Positions 14,230-28,089 of a stretch of 64,000 nt of DNA are shown here, piece after piece. The position numbers were made by a program, and so were the translations under genes. The first letter of the stretch is position 1; the number at the start of each line of letters is the position of its first letter. Origin of the DNA: Eledone cirrhosa (taxonomy: Eukaryota); the NCBI GenBank assembly GCA_964016885.1, contig OZ024742.1:78492001-78556000 (forward strand). The letters run 5' to 3'. The notes below the pieces were generated by a model. It was not told where the DNA came from. It did no database searches and saw nothing but the letters and a program-made list of their open reading frames with translations.

Positions 14230-14515
14230 CAGGCTTACAAATATGGGATTGTGAGTTCGAATCTCGGGCTGGGCTTTGTGTTGTGTTATTAAGCAAGACA
14301 CTTTATTTCACGTTGCTCTAGTTCACTCTCCTGTAGAAATGAGTTGCGACATCACTGGTGCCAAGCTGTATCAGCCATTGCCTTTCCCTTGGACAACATT
14401 CTTGTGTGGAGAGGGGAGATTGGTATGGATGGGTAACTTGTACCTCAGAGGGAAACTTTGTAGATGCAAATGCCATTGTCATTCATGACTGAAAGGGGTC
14501 TTTACCTTTACTTTT
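14230..14515 (+). mobile_element. tRNA-derived SINE sharing the family B head and centre but with a different tail
   Basis: B-box gttcgaatc, centre aagcaagacactttatttcacgttgctc, tail tttacctttactttt. Confidence 0.7.
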
Positions 14516-16944
14516 TACATATATATATATATATATTTATTTATATAAATATATAGCAGCTTTCCATACCCCCACTACCTCTTTCCTCCCCCCCTTCTGT
14601 AACACTCCTTTTCTGCTTCCCACTCTCAAGCCCTTATATTCCCTCACAATCAAACACTAATAGCTACTCTCTCCACCCTTATGCACACATCCTATGCCTC
14701 CTTCACTATCAACCCTCACATATCCTCCATTACTACATCTTCCCTTACTGGAATTGGTGAGTACCATTCACTATTACGTGCTCTTACCACCACATCCTCT
14801 CTCTCTATGCTATCAAAAATCACCCATTACCCTAACCATTATCCTTCTCCACTCATCACCCTAACAAATCACACCTCACTTGCCATAACTTTATACTCAT
14901 CTCCTTGCTCCCACCACTCTCACCCAAACCCCACAAAGCAGAGAGGGCTCTTCCATTGCCACAAGGTCCACCAACTTCTCTTGTAGTGATGCCATGAAAA
15001 TGCACCTAGAATATCTTATAAGGTGACTGAAGAGAGGAAGGGCACCCTGTTGTAGAAGCCATGCTTAAAAAAAGTTGACAGGACACTGTAGTTGTACCGT
15101 AGTATGACAACCTCTCTAGTGTTGATGATCTAAATTATATATGCACAAGGTACATGCTGTCAAATGGTTGGTGATAAGGAGAGCATCCAGCTGTAGAAAG
15201 CTTTCAAAAACAAGGGTTGGGTGGACTCATGAGTCATGTTAAAGACATGACAACCTCTCTTGTGTTGGTGCATGGAGTGTATGACTCTAAATAAAATGCA
15301 GATCCCAGCTTGTCAGAAAGGTCAGTAGCCCCACTTCCTGATTGACTTGGACTATGAAGACCAGTCTAACCCTTACTAGCAGTGAAAGCATACACTAAAT
15401 GATGATGATAATGAATCTGGAATTTGGTGTCAAAACAGCAAGAGTTGAGCCGTCGGGACCCAACTCTCTAATATATTTCCACTCTACTATCCCAAGTATT
15501 GAGTCCTCTTCTGAATAATGGTCTTACTAGTTTAAATTGGTAATCCTTGTCTATCTCTCTCTCTCTCTCCCTTTCTACATATATATATAAAATAGAATTA
15601 TAAGTTTTCACCATATTTTTGACTGAAGAAATTTTACGTCAATACTTATTTCTTCCAAGGTTAAAATTTCTTTAGTCAAAAATACGGTGAAAGCTTCTAT
15701 ATCTATTTTCAAACTCACTGGCTGCTTCAAATGAAACTTATTTGTCATATACATAATGGTCTTTTGCACATTATCAATCAAATTCCACTGACAAAGCATT
15801 AGAAAACCCAATGGAACAGTTGAAAACTTGTACAAAGTATCCCATAATGGGATCAATCCCAGAACTACATGGTTGTAAAGCAACTGTCTTAACCAATAGC
15901 TATACTTGCACATGGAATATGATTACATATTGAATTCTATTGTTATGTGTCTTTTGAACACTGCTGTCCAGGAATTCTGTCTGAATTTAAAATGGCTACA
16001 ACACTATTTAATAAATGTATTTAGCATTTGTTCATTAAAGCCCAAGCTAGAAAATTTTACAGGAATTAAATAAAGCACTGGTAGATATGGGTGGCAGATG
16101 TTGTGGTAATAGTGGTAGCAATGGTAATGGTATGAACAATGCTGAGAAATAGTACTTTGGTTAGATAGAGCAATAATGTATTGTAGTCCAGGCAATGAAA
16201 TTATGTCTTGTTTTGGCAGTTTAAATTCAGTCAAAAATTGAATTAAGTTTGTTGATTGGCTAGACCGGAGATGGGAGACAAACAATACAATATCTATGGT
16301 CATTGATATTAGTTTCAAATTAAGCACAATTGGTTGACAGCCAGCACAAATCTATTTATTAACAGTTTGTATTTGTACACACTAAAGCAAATACAAATAA
16401 ATGCATACAGATTTATAGAGACACTCACACAAAGTGTACATATATATGTATGTGAATGATTATATAACAGTATATATATATGCACATAAGTGTATGCATA
16501 TATGTATGTGTATGTATATATAAATGGGGCTACTTACAAGACTAACTGTTATCAGAAGGAAGAAATAGGTTCATGGAAAGATTCAAAGTTTTTAAAATGT
16601 GAATAAAAAATTAAATGGAATAGCTGTCAATAAGAATGAAACCTTGAAACACAAAACATGATATACTTAGAAGTCATCCAATGTACTATACTGTAATCCT
16701 GACATATATATTGTACATTATTCCTCACATATGTACTTTACAGTATTTATGTTGATATTTTTGTGTTTAGCTGGTATATATTTTCAATTTTTATTGCAGC
16801 TAGTGAATTCAGTGCATCATTGATTTCTGATATTTATTGTTTCTAAATTCAATTGCACTGTATTTCACCTTTCTATTCATATGGCTCCTGGCTGATAAAT
16901 ACTTTGTAAGTATTATTTCATAAGCAAAACAGTGCATATATATA

Positions 16945-17260
16945 TATTTGGATCCAATCAATGCTCCCTCCTTATCACTGACCACTTGCCTATATCAATA
17001 GAAATGCCATTCATTGTATTAAATGCATTTTCTGTGGTCTCATATACATTGGAAAGACTGGCAGCTGGTAGGCAGAGTGATTACCTGTGTAGGTAATCAC
17101 TCTGCCTATGGGATATCTTCTTAAATAACACCCTATCAACTGTTGCTCGTCACTTCAACTCACCTACTCACATTATTTCTTATCTTTCCCACAGCTCCAT
17201 TACTTCTCGCTCTCATAAAGAATGTCTCATTTTGTTTTGATCCCTTTAATATGAACTGTG
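16945..17260 (+). mobile_element. Penelope-like element, GIY-YIG endonuclease remnant
   Basis: Manual translation across stops and shifts gives NAIHCIKCIFCGLIYIGKTG.. then DI...STVARHFNSPTH. This matches the PLE signature NVIYCIxCxxC..YIGETGR...VAxHFN. A pyrimidine/CA-rich tail follows to about 17950. Confidence 0.8.
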
Positions 17261-18819
17261 TGTGACATTTATCTAACTGCACCTTAACATCCTTTCATTT
17301 GCCATGCTATCACAACAGATTTTTCTATTTTGCATCCTGTCACAACACATCCTTTCTCACCTTATCATAACATAACATACACACACCATTATACACTTGA
17401 TGGACAACCTGCACCAATTCTCCACATCCATACATCTACACACACAAATACATCTTCACACAAACACACTAACTAATTTCACATATACTGATAACCCTAA
17501 ATACACATCTACACACAAATACCTACCATCAATTGTATAAACTTCCATGTACATCTCTACATGCACAGACCACCTGCCTTCTTCCACTTTGCTCTGCTTC
17601 CATTCTTCTTCATTCATCTCTCTTCTTCTAGCTCACTCTCTCTCCTAACTAATTCTCACTACTATGTCATTCAATATGCCCACTTGTTCTTTCTTTAAAT
17701 AAGCAACCTCTTATCCACATCTACACACAAAGATCACAAACTACCTTTCCATCCTCTCCACTTTGTTTGTTACCTTTCTTTCTATTCTCTTTTCTCTTTA
17801 TCACTCCCTCTTTGCTCTTTTGTCCACTTCCTATCCTAATGATCAAACTACTTCCATTCAACTGAATATAGTCATTTAAACCACATCCCTCCAGTTTGGT
17901 ATCATTCTAAGAGTTTTTTCTACATACATTGTTTATTTTTTGTGCATATATTTTTTTAATTACTTATGTGTTTCTTTCCCCACCTTTTGTTAAGTTTGTT
18001 TTAAACTCTCAGACTTTAATTGTTTCAATACAACTCAAAAGGAAAATAATTTCATCAAAATCAAATAATTGTACTTTTTGAAAAGTAAAGCCGATGAGAA
18101 TTGGAGAAGATTGTGTCTTTAAAGCCAACAAGTGACACATATACCACTATTAATAAACTGTGGCATTCATAAATACAGATTTACAGCAGGCTGGATTAAT
18201 GCATTTTCACCTCCAGCAGTAACAATGGAGTATATGTAATTCTATAAAGAACATATACTGCAAAGGAATTATTTCAAAAGGTATTAATGTTTTTGGTTTT
18301 CTTGCTTGTCTTTACATTCTTTACTAATTTAAATTTGTAAATGATACATACATACAAACTAGGAAAACTGATTTTGCACCATCGTTCTGCATTACCATAT
18401 TAATGTTTTATGTTGTTATTATGAGATCTATATTATACATTGAGTCCCTTTTGACACATTTCTGTGTGTATAATCCTACTGAGGACTTAGCAACCTCTCC
18501 AGTGTTCATGCAACAATAAGAAGTACCTAGTACCTTATTTAAACTGGTTGGCATTGTAAAAAGCATCCAGCCTTAGAAACCATGCCAAAAATGGAATTTA
18601 CTAGCAAGACAAGGTTCTCCTTCTCCCCTGCAGGGAAAGCAGACATTTTAATGATGATAATCCTACATTGAATATATATATATATATATATATAAATTAA
18701 GAAGAAAATACATGATTTTGGGTGCTTAAATTGAATTGAATCATTATTCACTGATTGGTGTGATGCATACATAACCCTCATTAGGCAATATATTTACTGT
18801 AAGTATATATATATATATA

Positions 18820-19823
18820 TATAAGGGTTAGTCAAAAATTATCTGCACTTTTGCCATAATATATCTTTAGGTTTGTCACACTCCCTTCTGCTCAAGCATG
18901 CTTATATTTGGTACTATTGTGGTCACATGAGCAAAGTTTGAGGTGGATCGTGCAAGTTTTCTTGCTGCTGTTACAGTGTAAACATGGCCTCTTCACTAGT
19001 AGTGTGTATCAAGGAGGAACAGAGCAGTGATCCAATTTCTCTGGTCGGAAGGTGTGTAAGGGGCTGAAATTCATCAGAGGATTTTAACATACAGCAACAG
19101 AAGTATCGGTCAAGTAACTGCTGACAGACCTCAACATGTTTGTACTTGTGCTCTGTGGTAAGCTCTCTTGGCATCCATCTTGCAGAGACTTTATGGAAGC
19201 CAAGCTCATTGTGGAAGATTTGAGAGGCAGAAACATGACTAATCTGCACAGAACAAGCTACCTCATCGATGATAACTCACTGGTTCACCATTACCATCTC
19301 TGAAGCTTGCTGAATCTTCTTGCCAATGATGGATGTTGACGGGTGTCCTGCTTCTTCTTCATGAGTCACACTTGTCTAGCCACTTTTAAATTTCTCAATT
19401 CACTTATCCACACTTCTATGAAGTAGTGCACTGTTGCTGTATTATGTTAAAGGCCTCTGATCAATTTCAGCCTCTGCTCCAGGTGAGCTAAACATGGTCC
19501 TCTGACCTTATTCTCTCCCTAAGGGTCAGTCCGTCCTACCCATCCTAGCATGGAAGAAGGATGTTAAACGATGATGATGACACACCTGGTGATCAGAGAA
19601 ATTGGATCACTGTTGTTTGTTCCTCCGTGATGCACACTGCTAGTGGAGCGACCATGTTTACACTGTAACAGCAGCAAGAAAACTGGTGCGATGAAACTCA
19701 AATTTTGCCCATGTGACCACAATAGTACCAACTATAAGCATGCATGAGCAGAAGACAGTGTGACAAACCTAAAGATACGTTATGGTGAAAAAAAGTGCAG
19801 ATAATTTTTAACTTACCCTCATA
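18820..19823. mobile_element. Non-autonomous mariner built from two inverted left ends
   Basis: About 230-bp inverted arms, each containing the TIR and the transposase start (EEQ.AVIQFLWSEG). The minus strand continues to HNELGFHKVSARWMPRELT (WVPxxL motif). TA flanks. Confidence 0.85.
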
Positions 19824-22707
19824 TATATTACATTATAGGCTTGCTCACAGTTTTCATCTCCAAAGTTCTGTTTAGATGGCCATTGTAGAAGATATTCACC
19901 CAACGTACTGCTGAATAACATAAATCCCAAAGCCAAGCCATGTGGTTGTGAAGGAAATGTATTAACTAAACAACCATACCTAAACTCCAACTCTGTACAA
20001 CTTTGTAATTTGTGAGAAAGTTTATAATTAATTCCTTTACAGTTAATCAACTCAAAGTAACTGTCAATTAAATGTGAGAAGTAATTACTATACTAGAAAT
20101 TACTTGCTATTCCCACATTTTGTGGTTTTTCTTTGGCAGCTTTGCAAATTTCAGTTGGTTGAACAAAGTCTGCTGGACAGTGCTAATGATATGAGTATTT
20201 GAAGTAAATCCAAGCAGTGTCACCTGAGAGATTATATATGGAAACAGAGATGACTTTATCAGTTTACAATAGGGATTTCACAAGCTTGTCATCAGAGCAA
20301 GTAATGACGTAGCTGCATCTAAGGGGTTTACTTTTACATAACTCTAATTTATGGCTATTTGCTGCTTGTGTTAAGTTGGTAATATTGACAGAAGACGACA
20401 ACAGCAGAACATAAAGACATAAGATGAAGAAGACAAATGATGAAAACAACAGAATGTGAAGAAGACACATTGTGATGAAAAGATCAGAGAATAGTAAGAT
20501 TTAAGATGTAGACGGAACTGAAAATAGAAGAATCTGAAAGAATAAGAATAACAAAAACATAGGAGGAAACAAAGAAGACTGACACATTACCAAGTTGATC
20601 AATTTGGGTTTTTACTTTAGAAACTGTGCATCTGATGCACAGGGTGGAAAGTACAATGGTAAAACTGACCATGATGATTATGGCACTTTCTTGAAATCTT
20701 AGTCTACCTAATAGAATTCCAATTGATAACTCTAAAAGCTAAGATGAAATTCCTTTACACACATATTAACACACTTTAGAACAAAAGGTTTTATATTATA
20801 GAATTAGGGACAGTTTCATACATTTAAGTACCAAAATAGGTAAATACTATGCCTATTTTCTCCCCAGAATCTAAGCCATGTGAAATTCTTTCCCTTTTCC
20901 TGTCAGAGAGTTTGTGTAGGCCATGGGCATAGTTTTTTTCTCTAGAACAAAATAAAATGAGACTCAAGTTGACTTGAGAAACATTGGGAAAATTTGAAAT
21001 TTAAAACGTAGTGGTCCCAACGTAATGACTATAATAACAATAGTCGATCAGTGTAAATAGTAGTTGAGAAAATAAAGTAAAGTACCCATGGAGACAGAAA
21101 AAAGATATATTGATGTGAGCTTTGATTCTTCATTTATATTCATAGTAAATCAAACCTCATATTGATGACAGCTTCGATTTCTCATAGGCGTCTGTATCAC
21201 CTCCTTTTCTCTCTTTAGATTTATTTTACCTGATCTTCTCAACTATTATTTATAGTGATCAACTATTGTTATACTCATTTCTGTTGTGACAACTACATTT
21301 CCAATACTACTACTACTAATAATAATGATAATAAATATTCAAATATTGAGCTGACTGCAATTTTAAATGAGTGATCATAATAAATACAAGTTGCTGCACA
21401 AATCTTCCAGATTAGAACTTGCAGCCGCCACATTCAAGATACACACATAGATCGATCTATAAAAGTATACAATGATCTGATAGCAACATGTGATTAGCCC
21501 TCCACAGATTATAGAGAGGTGAATAGAAACTTCTATTGGACTGGTTTTTATAGGCAGAATCCCATCATTGCAAGATTACAATCAAGAATTGTGGTTGAAG
21601 TGGACAAAACATCATAAAATATTAAGCTCCACACTCTCTGCAGTGAACAATGAAAGAAAGGACAGTCCAAAGCAAGCGCTTCATTTTTCTCTCTGGTATA
21701 GCATAAAGAGAATCAATAGCTGGAAGTTTATTTATTTATTTATTTATATGTTCATTATTACTATTATTATTATTATTATTGTTGTTGTTATTATTATATT
21801 TTTATTTTTATTTTTTTCTTGCTTTTTTTTGTTTTCTTTCTCAAACAGCCTTTCAGCCATTATTCTCATACTGGTGTTAGTTCTCATTATGGTTCTGTTT
21901 ATGTGAATATTAACATGAAAAATGTCAGAGATAGTGCTTTTGAAGAATAGATAACATTTATCGCACCACATAGTCAGTTATTAAGCTGAATAACAACAAC
22001 GACCATAATGATAACAAGAACAAGAACAATAATAATAATGGTAATAATAATAAATGGTTTCTTCAGTAGACACAAGGCTCATTTTGAAAAAGAAATTTCA
22101 AAAATTAATCAAATTGAACTTCATACATAACTGGTATTTTCAGTTTTGGTATCTTCCTACTAGCTCCAATGTATTAAATTGAACCTAATCTGATGGTGGA
22201 ACTTCAACCTGGATGTAAATGGATAATAAATGTACTAAGCTATTTGTGTTTTGGTATGTGACATGACCACTAGGGAGATTGTTGCCATTAAGCACTCAGC
22301 AAAACATGAGTCCTATTTATCTATCACTCTTGTATGTGTGTGATAGTGTGTGTTTCTGTGCATGTAAGAACTCAATAATTTTAATAGAGTATTGTATAAA
22401 TAGATTCATATTCTTACAACATGACTACAATATTTCAGCAAAGTGTAAGTGTTCATTAAGCTTCATTTCATGAAACTTAGTGAACTCTTGTTTTTTCGAA
22501 ACATTGTGGTCATGTATATGAATAAATTTATTTATACAACACTCTATTAAAATTATTGAGTTCTTACATACACACACATACATACAGAGAAACACACACC
22601 ACACACACACATATATATATATAGGACTCATCTATTTTGCAGAATATATGATAATATATATATTTATATATATATATCCTACCACATGAATTCGTTTTTC
22701 TTACTGA

Positions 22708-22935
22708 TTAACCCTTTAGTGTTCAAACCGGCCAAAACCGGCCAGAATTCTGTACCTCTTTCTATTGAAACTGGCTGTAACTGGTCGGTCAAACTGATGT
22801 TAAGGTATTGTTCTCAAAATAAATACTTTCAAAATCTCATAGATTCGATATTATGTGCGATAATTATGTGAGGTAAAGCCTTTACCATGAAAATATAATA
22901 GTATATATAGAGTAATGTGAATGTTAAAGGGTTAA
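22708..22935 (+). mobile_element. TTAA-flanked MITE (piggyBac-type ends), copy 1
   Basis: TTAA|CCCTTTA...TAAAGGG|TTAA, about 220 bp; four copies in the window. Confidence 0.85.
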
Positions 22936-24920
22936 TGTAAGTGTACACAGTGGTTGTTGGGTTTGTATTTTAATAATACAAACTTAATTAAACTGATGAC
23001 AGTGGGAGTTCGGCTCTTCTGTGTCCGGACACATTGGTAAGCACTTGGAATTTGGTTTGTTTCCTCGATTGTTGGAAGTGAAGTATTCTATGTAATTTAA
23101 TTAAAGCATTGAGAAAACGACCAGCATTGTGTCGATTCTCTTTCACAAACTTTGTGGAAGATAGTCGTTAAATGACATATATATATATTTACAAGATAAA
23201 CACACCCAGTACACACTGTAAAGTGGTTGGTGATAGGAAGGGCCTCCTCCATAGAAATCTTGCCAAAGAAAGGGTTGGGAAGACCCTCAGTTGTCTCAAA
23301 GGCATGACAACCTCCCCTGAGCACTTGATGGAATGTGAGACCATACATAAGTGAGACAGCTCCCTGGCTAGCTTGGGAGATCAGTGACTCTGCTTCAGTA
23401 TGGACTTGGTCTATATAGACCCGTCCAACCTTTGCAAGCGGGAAACGTAGATGTTAAAACGTTAAAGTCAAGCATAAATGTATAATTGATGATAGGTGCT
23501 ACATTTAACAATGAAGGATGACTTCTATTTTGAAGATTTCTTTCCTTATTTGCTCTAGTATTAATATATTTTGATTGATGTAGTTATGAAAATTGAAATA
23601 GATATATAGAGCTTCACTGTAACATTTGGCTAAATAATATATCTTAATAGGAGGGTAAATAAATCCACTGAATGGGAAAAGATGGGTATCAACACACATG
23701 GGAGATGTAACACATCTTTTTATATTCAGTTGGTTTATACACCCCTTGACTAAGAATATGTTATTTAGTATTACAGTGAAGCCTTATATTTCTATTTTAA
23801 CTTTCAAAGCTTTAACTCACCACTTTCTAGATTAAAGTATCAGCACATAGTGCTCCCATATATATCATCACCACCATCATTATTATCTTTTACATCCACT
23901 TTCCATGCTGGCATGGGCTGGATAGGTTACTATAGTCTGAGTTACTTTTAAATTGGTGTTACTACCCTTCAAAAACAGATAACAGAAGTATATCACACTT
24001 GTATGTTCCAGTGTTTGAGTGTGTAGGCAGGCTTATATATATATTGTGAATTATAAAAATGCTGGGTGATTTATTTGAAATTTGAAAGTGTGGGATTCCC
24101 AAACACAAAATATAACTGTAACAACAGTTGAATACTATAAATAATTGTTTCTACTTTAGGCACAAGGCCAGCAATTACCCAGTGCATTACTGGTACTTTA
24201 TTTTAATAAATAATAGCTCAGAAAAGCAGATAAAATTCTCCTAGAGACAAGAAAAAATGACCATGGCTAATAACTGCACTGCAGGGACAGCCTGTCTAAT
24301 CCAAACATGTCTGGTATGGATAGCTAGGACTAAAAGTAACATAGTTACTGAGACGTTGTCTAAAAGTGGATCAAAATGACTGATTAGTAATCGGCTTTTT
24401 TTTCTGATCACATAATTATTTTTTAATGAAACAACAGAATCTAAGGTTCCTAGTGATGGTCTGCAATGATAAATGGCACCTACAAAAAGTTTGACTACTA
24501 CAGTAAATCATTTTGCTATGATAAAGTAGAGAAATTTAATATTTCATGAAAAAACTTTGAGAGATACAGAATAAGTGTATATTCACTATGGAAATAGTGA
24601 GGGGGCACAAGGCCACAGAATTAATCTGTGATATTGATATGTCATTCAACAAACTTTCTCTCTCTTTCTCTGCAGCCACTACACTCTCTCTAATGAGTTG
24701 CTTTTTGTTTAGTTAACTTTTGTTTATAATTCCATGTTTCTCTGGGTACTATTTGTAATGAAGAAACCAACAAGTGCCAGCCTTGGTTCTCAGATATATT
24801 CAATGTTATGAAGGAAAACAACAACAGATCAGTAAATCTGAATTGTAAATGGCCAAGGGGCTTCAACCAGATTATAATTTTTGAAAGTGCATACACTAGG
24901 TCACAGAAGAATGTACATAT

Positions 24921-27154
24921 ATCAGTGGCCTAGTGGTGAATAGTATTATTCCTATTGAACAGTCAGCTCTGTTATTTCATGTACAGGCATCAGTGGCCTA
25001 GTGGTGAATAGTATTATTACTATTGAACAGTCACCTCTGTTATTTCATGTACAGGCATCAGTGGCCTAGTGGTGAATAGTATCATTTCTATTGAACAGTC
25101 AGCTCTGTTATTTCATGTACAGGCATCAGTGGCCTAGTGGTGAAGAGTATTATTACTATTGAACAGTCACCTCTGTTATTTCATGTACAGGCATCAGTGG
25201 CCTAGTGGTGAATAGTAGTATTCCTATTGAACAGTCAGCTCTGTTATTTCATGTACAGGCATCAGTGGCCTAGTGGTGAAGAGTATTATTACTATTGAAC
25301 AGTCACCTCTGTTATTTCATGTACAGGCATCAGTGGCCTAGTGGTGAATAGTAGTATTCCTATTGAACAGTCAGCTCTGTTATTTCATGTACAGGCATCA
25401 GTGGCCTAGTGGTGAAGAGTATTATTACTATTGAACAGTCACCTCTGTTATTTCATGTACAGGCATCAGTGGCCTAGTGGTGAATAGTATTATTACTATT
25501 GAACAGTCAGCTCTGTTATTTCATGTACAGGCATCAGTGGCCTAGTGGTGAAGAGTATTATTACTATTGAACAGTCACCTCTGTTATTTCGTGTACAGGC
25601 ATCAGTGGCCTAGTGGTGAATAGTAGTATTCCTATTGAACAGTCAGCTCTGTTATTTCATGTACAGGCATCAGTGGCCTAGTGTTGAAGAGTATTATTAC
25701 TATTGAACAGTCACCTCTGTTATTTCATGTACAGGCATCAGTGGCCTAGTGGTGAATAGTAGTATTCCTATTGAACAGTCAGCTCTGTTATTTCATGTAC
25801 AGGCATCAGTGGCCTAGTGGTGAATAGTATTATTACTATTGAACAGTCACCTCTGTTATTTCATGTACAGGCATCAGTGGCCTAGTGGTGAATAGTATTA
25901 TTACTATTGAACAGTCACCTCTGTTATTTCATGTACAGGCATCAGTGGCCTAGTGGTGAATAGTAGTATTCCTATTGAACAGTCACCTCTGTTATTTCAT
26001 GTACAGGCATCAGTGGCCTAGTGGTGAATAGTAGTATTCCTATTGAACATTCACCTCTGTTATTTCATGCACAGGCATCAGTGGCCTAGTGGTGAATAGT
26101 AGTATTCCTATTGAACAGTCACCTCTGTTATTTCATGTACAGGCATCAGTGGCCTAGTGGTGAATAGTATTATTACTATTGAACAGTCAGCTCTGTTATT
26201 TCATGTACAGGCATCAGTGGCCTAGTGGTGAATAGTATTATTACTATTGAACAGTCAGCTCTGTTATTTCATGTACAGGCATCAGTGGCCTAGTGGTGAA
26301 TAGTAGTATTCCTATTGAACATTCACCTCTGTTATTTCATGCACAGACATCAGTGGCCTAGTGGTGAATAGTATTATTACTATTGAACAGTCAGCTCTGT
26401 TATTTCATGTACAGGCATCAGTGGCCTAGTGGTGAATAGTATTATTACTATTGAACAGTCAGCTCTGTTATTTCATGTACAGGCATCAGTGGCCTAGTGG
26501 TGAATAGTATTATTCCTATTGAACAGTCACCTCTGTTATTTCATGTACAGGCATCAGTGGCCTAGTGGTGAAGAGTAGTATTCCTATTGAACAGTCAGCT
26601 CTGTTATTTCATGTACAGGCATCAGTGGCCTAGTGGTGAATAGTATTATTACTATTGAACAGTCACCTCTGTTATTTCATGTACAGGCATCAGTGGCCTA
26701 GTGGTGAAGAGTAGTATTCCTATTGAACAGTCACCTCTGTTATTTCATGTACAGGCATCAGTGGCCTAGTGGTGAATAGTATTATTCCTATTGAACAGTC
26801 ACCTCTGTTATTTCATGTACAGGCATCAGTGGCCTAGTGGTGAAGAGTAGTATTCCTATTGAACAGTCAGCTCTGTTATTTCATGTACAGGCATCAGTGG
26901 CCTAGTGGTGAATAGTATTATTACTATTGAACAGTCACCTCTGTTATTTCATGTACAGGCATCAGTGGCCTAGTGGTGAAGAGTAGTATTCCTATTGAAC
27001 AGTCACCTCTGTTATTTCATGTACAGGCATCAGTGGCCTAGTGGTGAATAGTATTATTTCTATTGAACAGTCACCTCTGTTATTTCATGTACAAGCATCA
27101 GTGGCCTAGTGGTGAATAGTAGTATTACTATTGAACAGTCAACTGTTATTTCAT
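24921..27154. repeat. 68-bp minisatellite, 33 copies (last one partial)
   Basis: Unit atcagtggcctagtggtgaatagtattattcctattgaacagtcagctctgttatttcatgtacaggc; phase checked at 24921, 25261, 26281 and 27097. Confidence 0.97.
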
Positions 27155-27544
27155 TTGCATCTTCTAGTTTGTTGTCACAAGATGTTTGCCAAAAGAGGCA
27201 TCTCCAAACTGAACATAGCTAGAGTAGAGTCAGGGTTGCAACAACCGCTGACAAACTCATAATATAAACTGCTCTAACAATCTATCAATTTGCCACCCAA
27301 AAGGATTTAAGTAAATATTGGTGTGATTTGAACTCAGAATGCAAAGAGTTAGGAAAATGCAACAATGCCCTAATGATTCAATCAAACCAATGCCTTGTTA
27401 TTACCATTAGATTAGAAATTAAAAAGGTTCCTAGTCCAAATGTAGTCTGGTACTATATAAACACCTAGGAAAAAAAATCACGTAATGATGATCATAGATC
27501 AGGCTGCTCAAATCAGTGTAAAAGTAAATAAGGTGCTCTAATAT

Positions 27545-27729
27545 ATGAGGGTCAGCTGAAAAATTCATTAGTTTAACAATAAACTCTCATGGAATGACCA
27601 AATGAGGTTTATTTTTCAACATAGTTCCTAGAAAGAAACAATGCATAGTTGAAATTAATGCATGCAAGATTTCACAACTTTAGCATCACCCTTAAAATTT
27701 GGCCTATGAACTTTTCAGTCCACCCATGT
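27545..27729. mobile_element. Small degenerate mariner-type MITE
   Basis: Imperfect terminal inverted repeats tatgagggtcagctgaaaaattcat / atgaacttttcagtccacccatgt. Confidence 0.5.
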
Positions 27730-28089
27730 CAGCTCATTATCACAAACTTCAACGATGAAACAGTCAAGTAAATTGACTACCCAATATTTAACTGACAGTA
27801 TTTTATTGAATCTGGAAGGATGAAAAACAAAGTTGGATTTAAAACAAAGGATTTGTGTATAAATATTAAAAACAATTTTTCATCTAAGACAAAGTTAATA
27901 GACTGCGAACTTACTATCTTATTAAAACCTACACATTGTAAATGTTTAGACATTTAATAAAAATTTCACAAGCTGTGAACAAAACTTACATCTCAATAAC
28001 TTAGGCCCATGTACCTTAATGCTAATGTAATGAATATTTCCTGATTTACAGTTACATTTGCAATCCTAAAAGTAACAAATTTTGTTATT

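Noticed and set aside
22993-23045. ctgatga followed by a hairpin and ggacacattggta
   Set aside because: GAAA is absent and stem I does not pair; at most a relic.
24921-27154. CRISPR-like array or satellite hammerhead (the minus strand has ctgatg...gaaa...gttc)
   Set aside because: There are no unique spacers or cas genes and the context is eukaryotic. The hammerhead reading lacks A9, needs a bulge in stem III and has no stem I.
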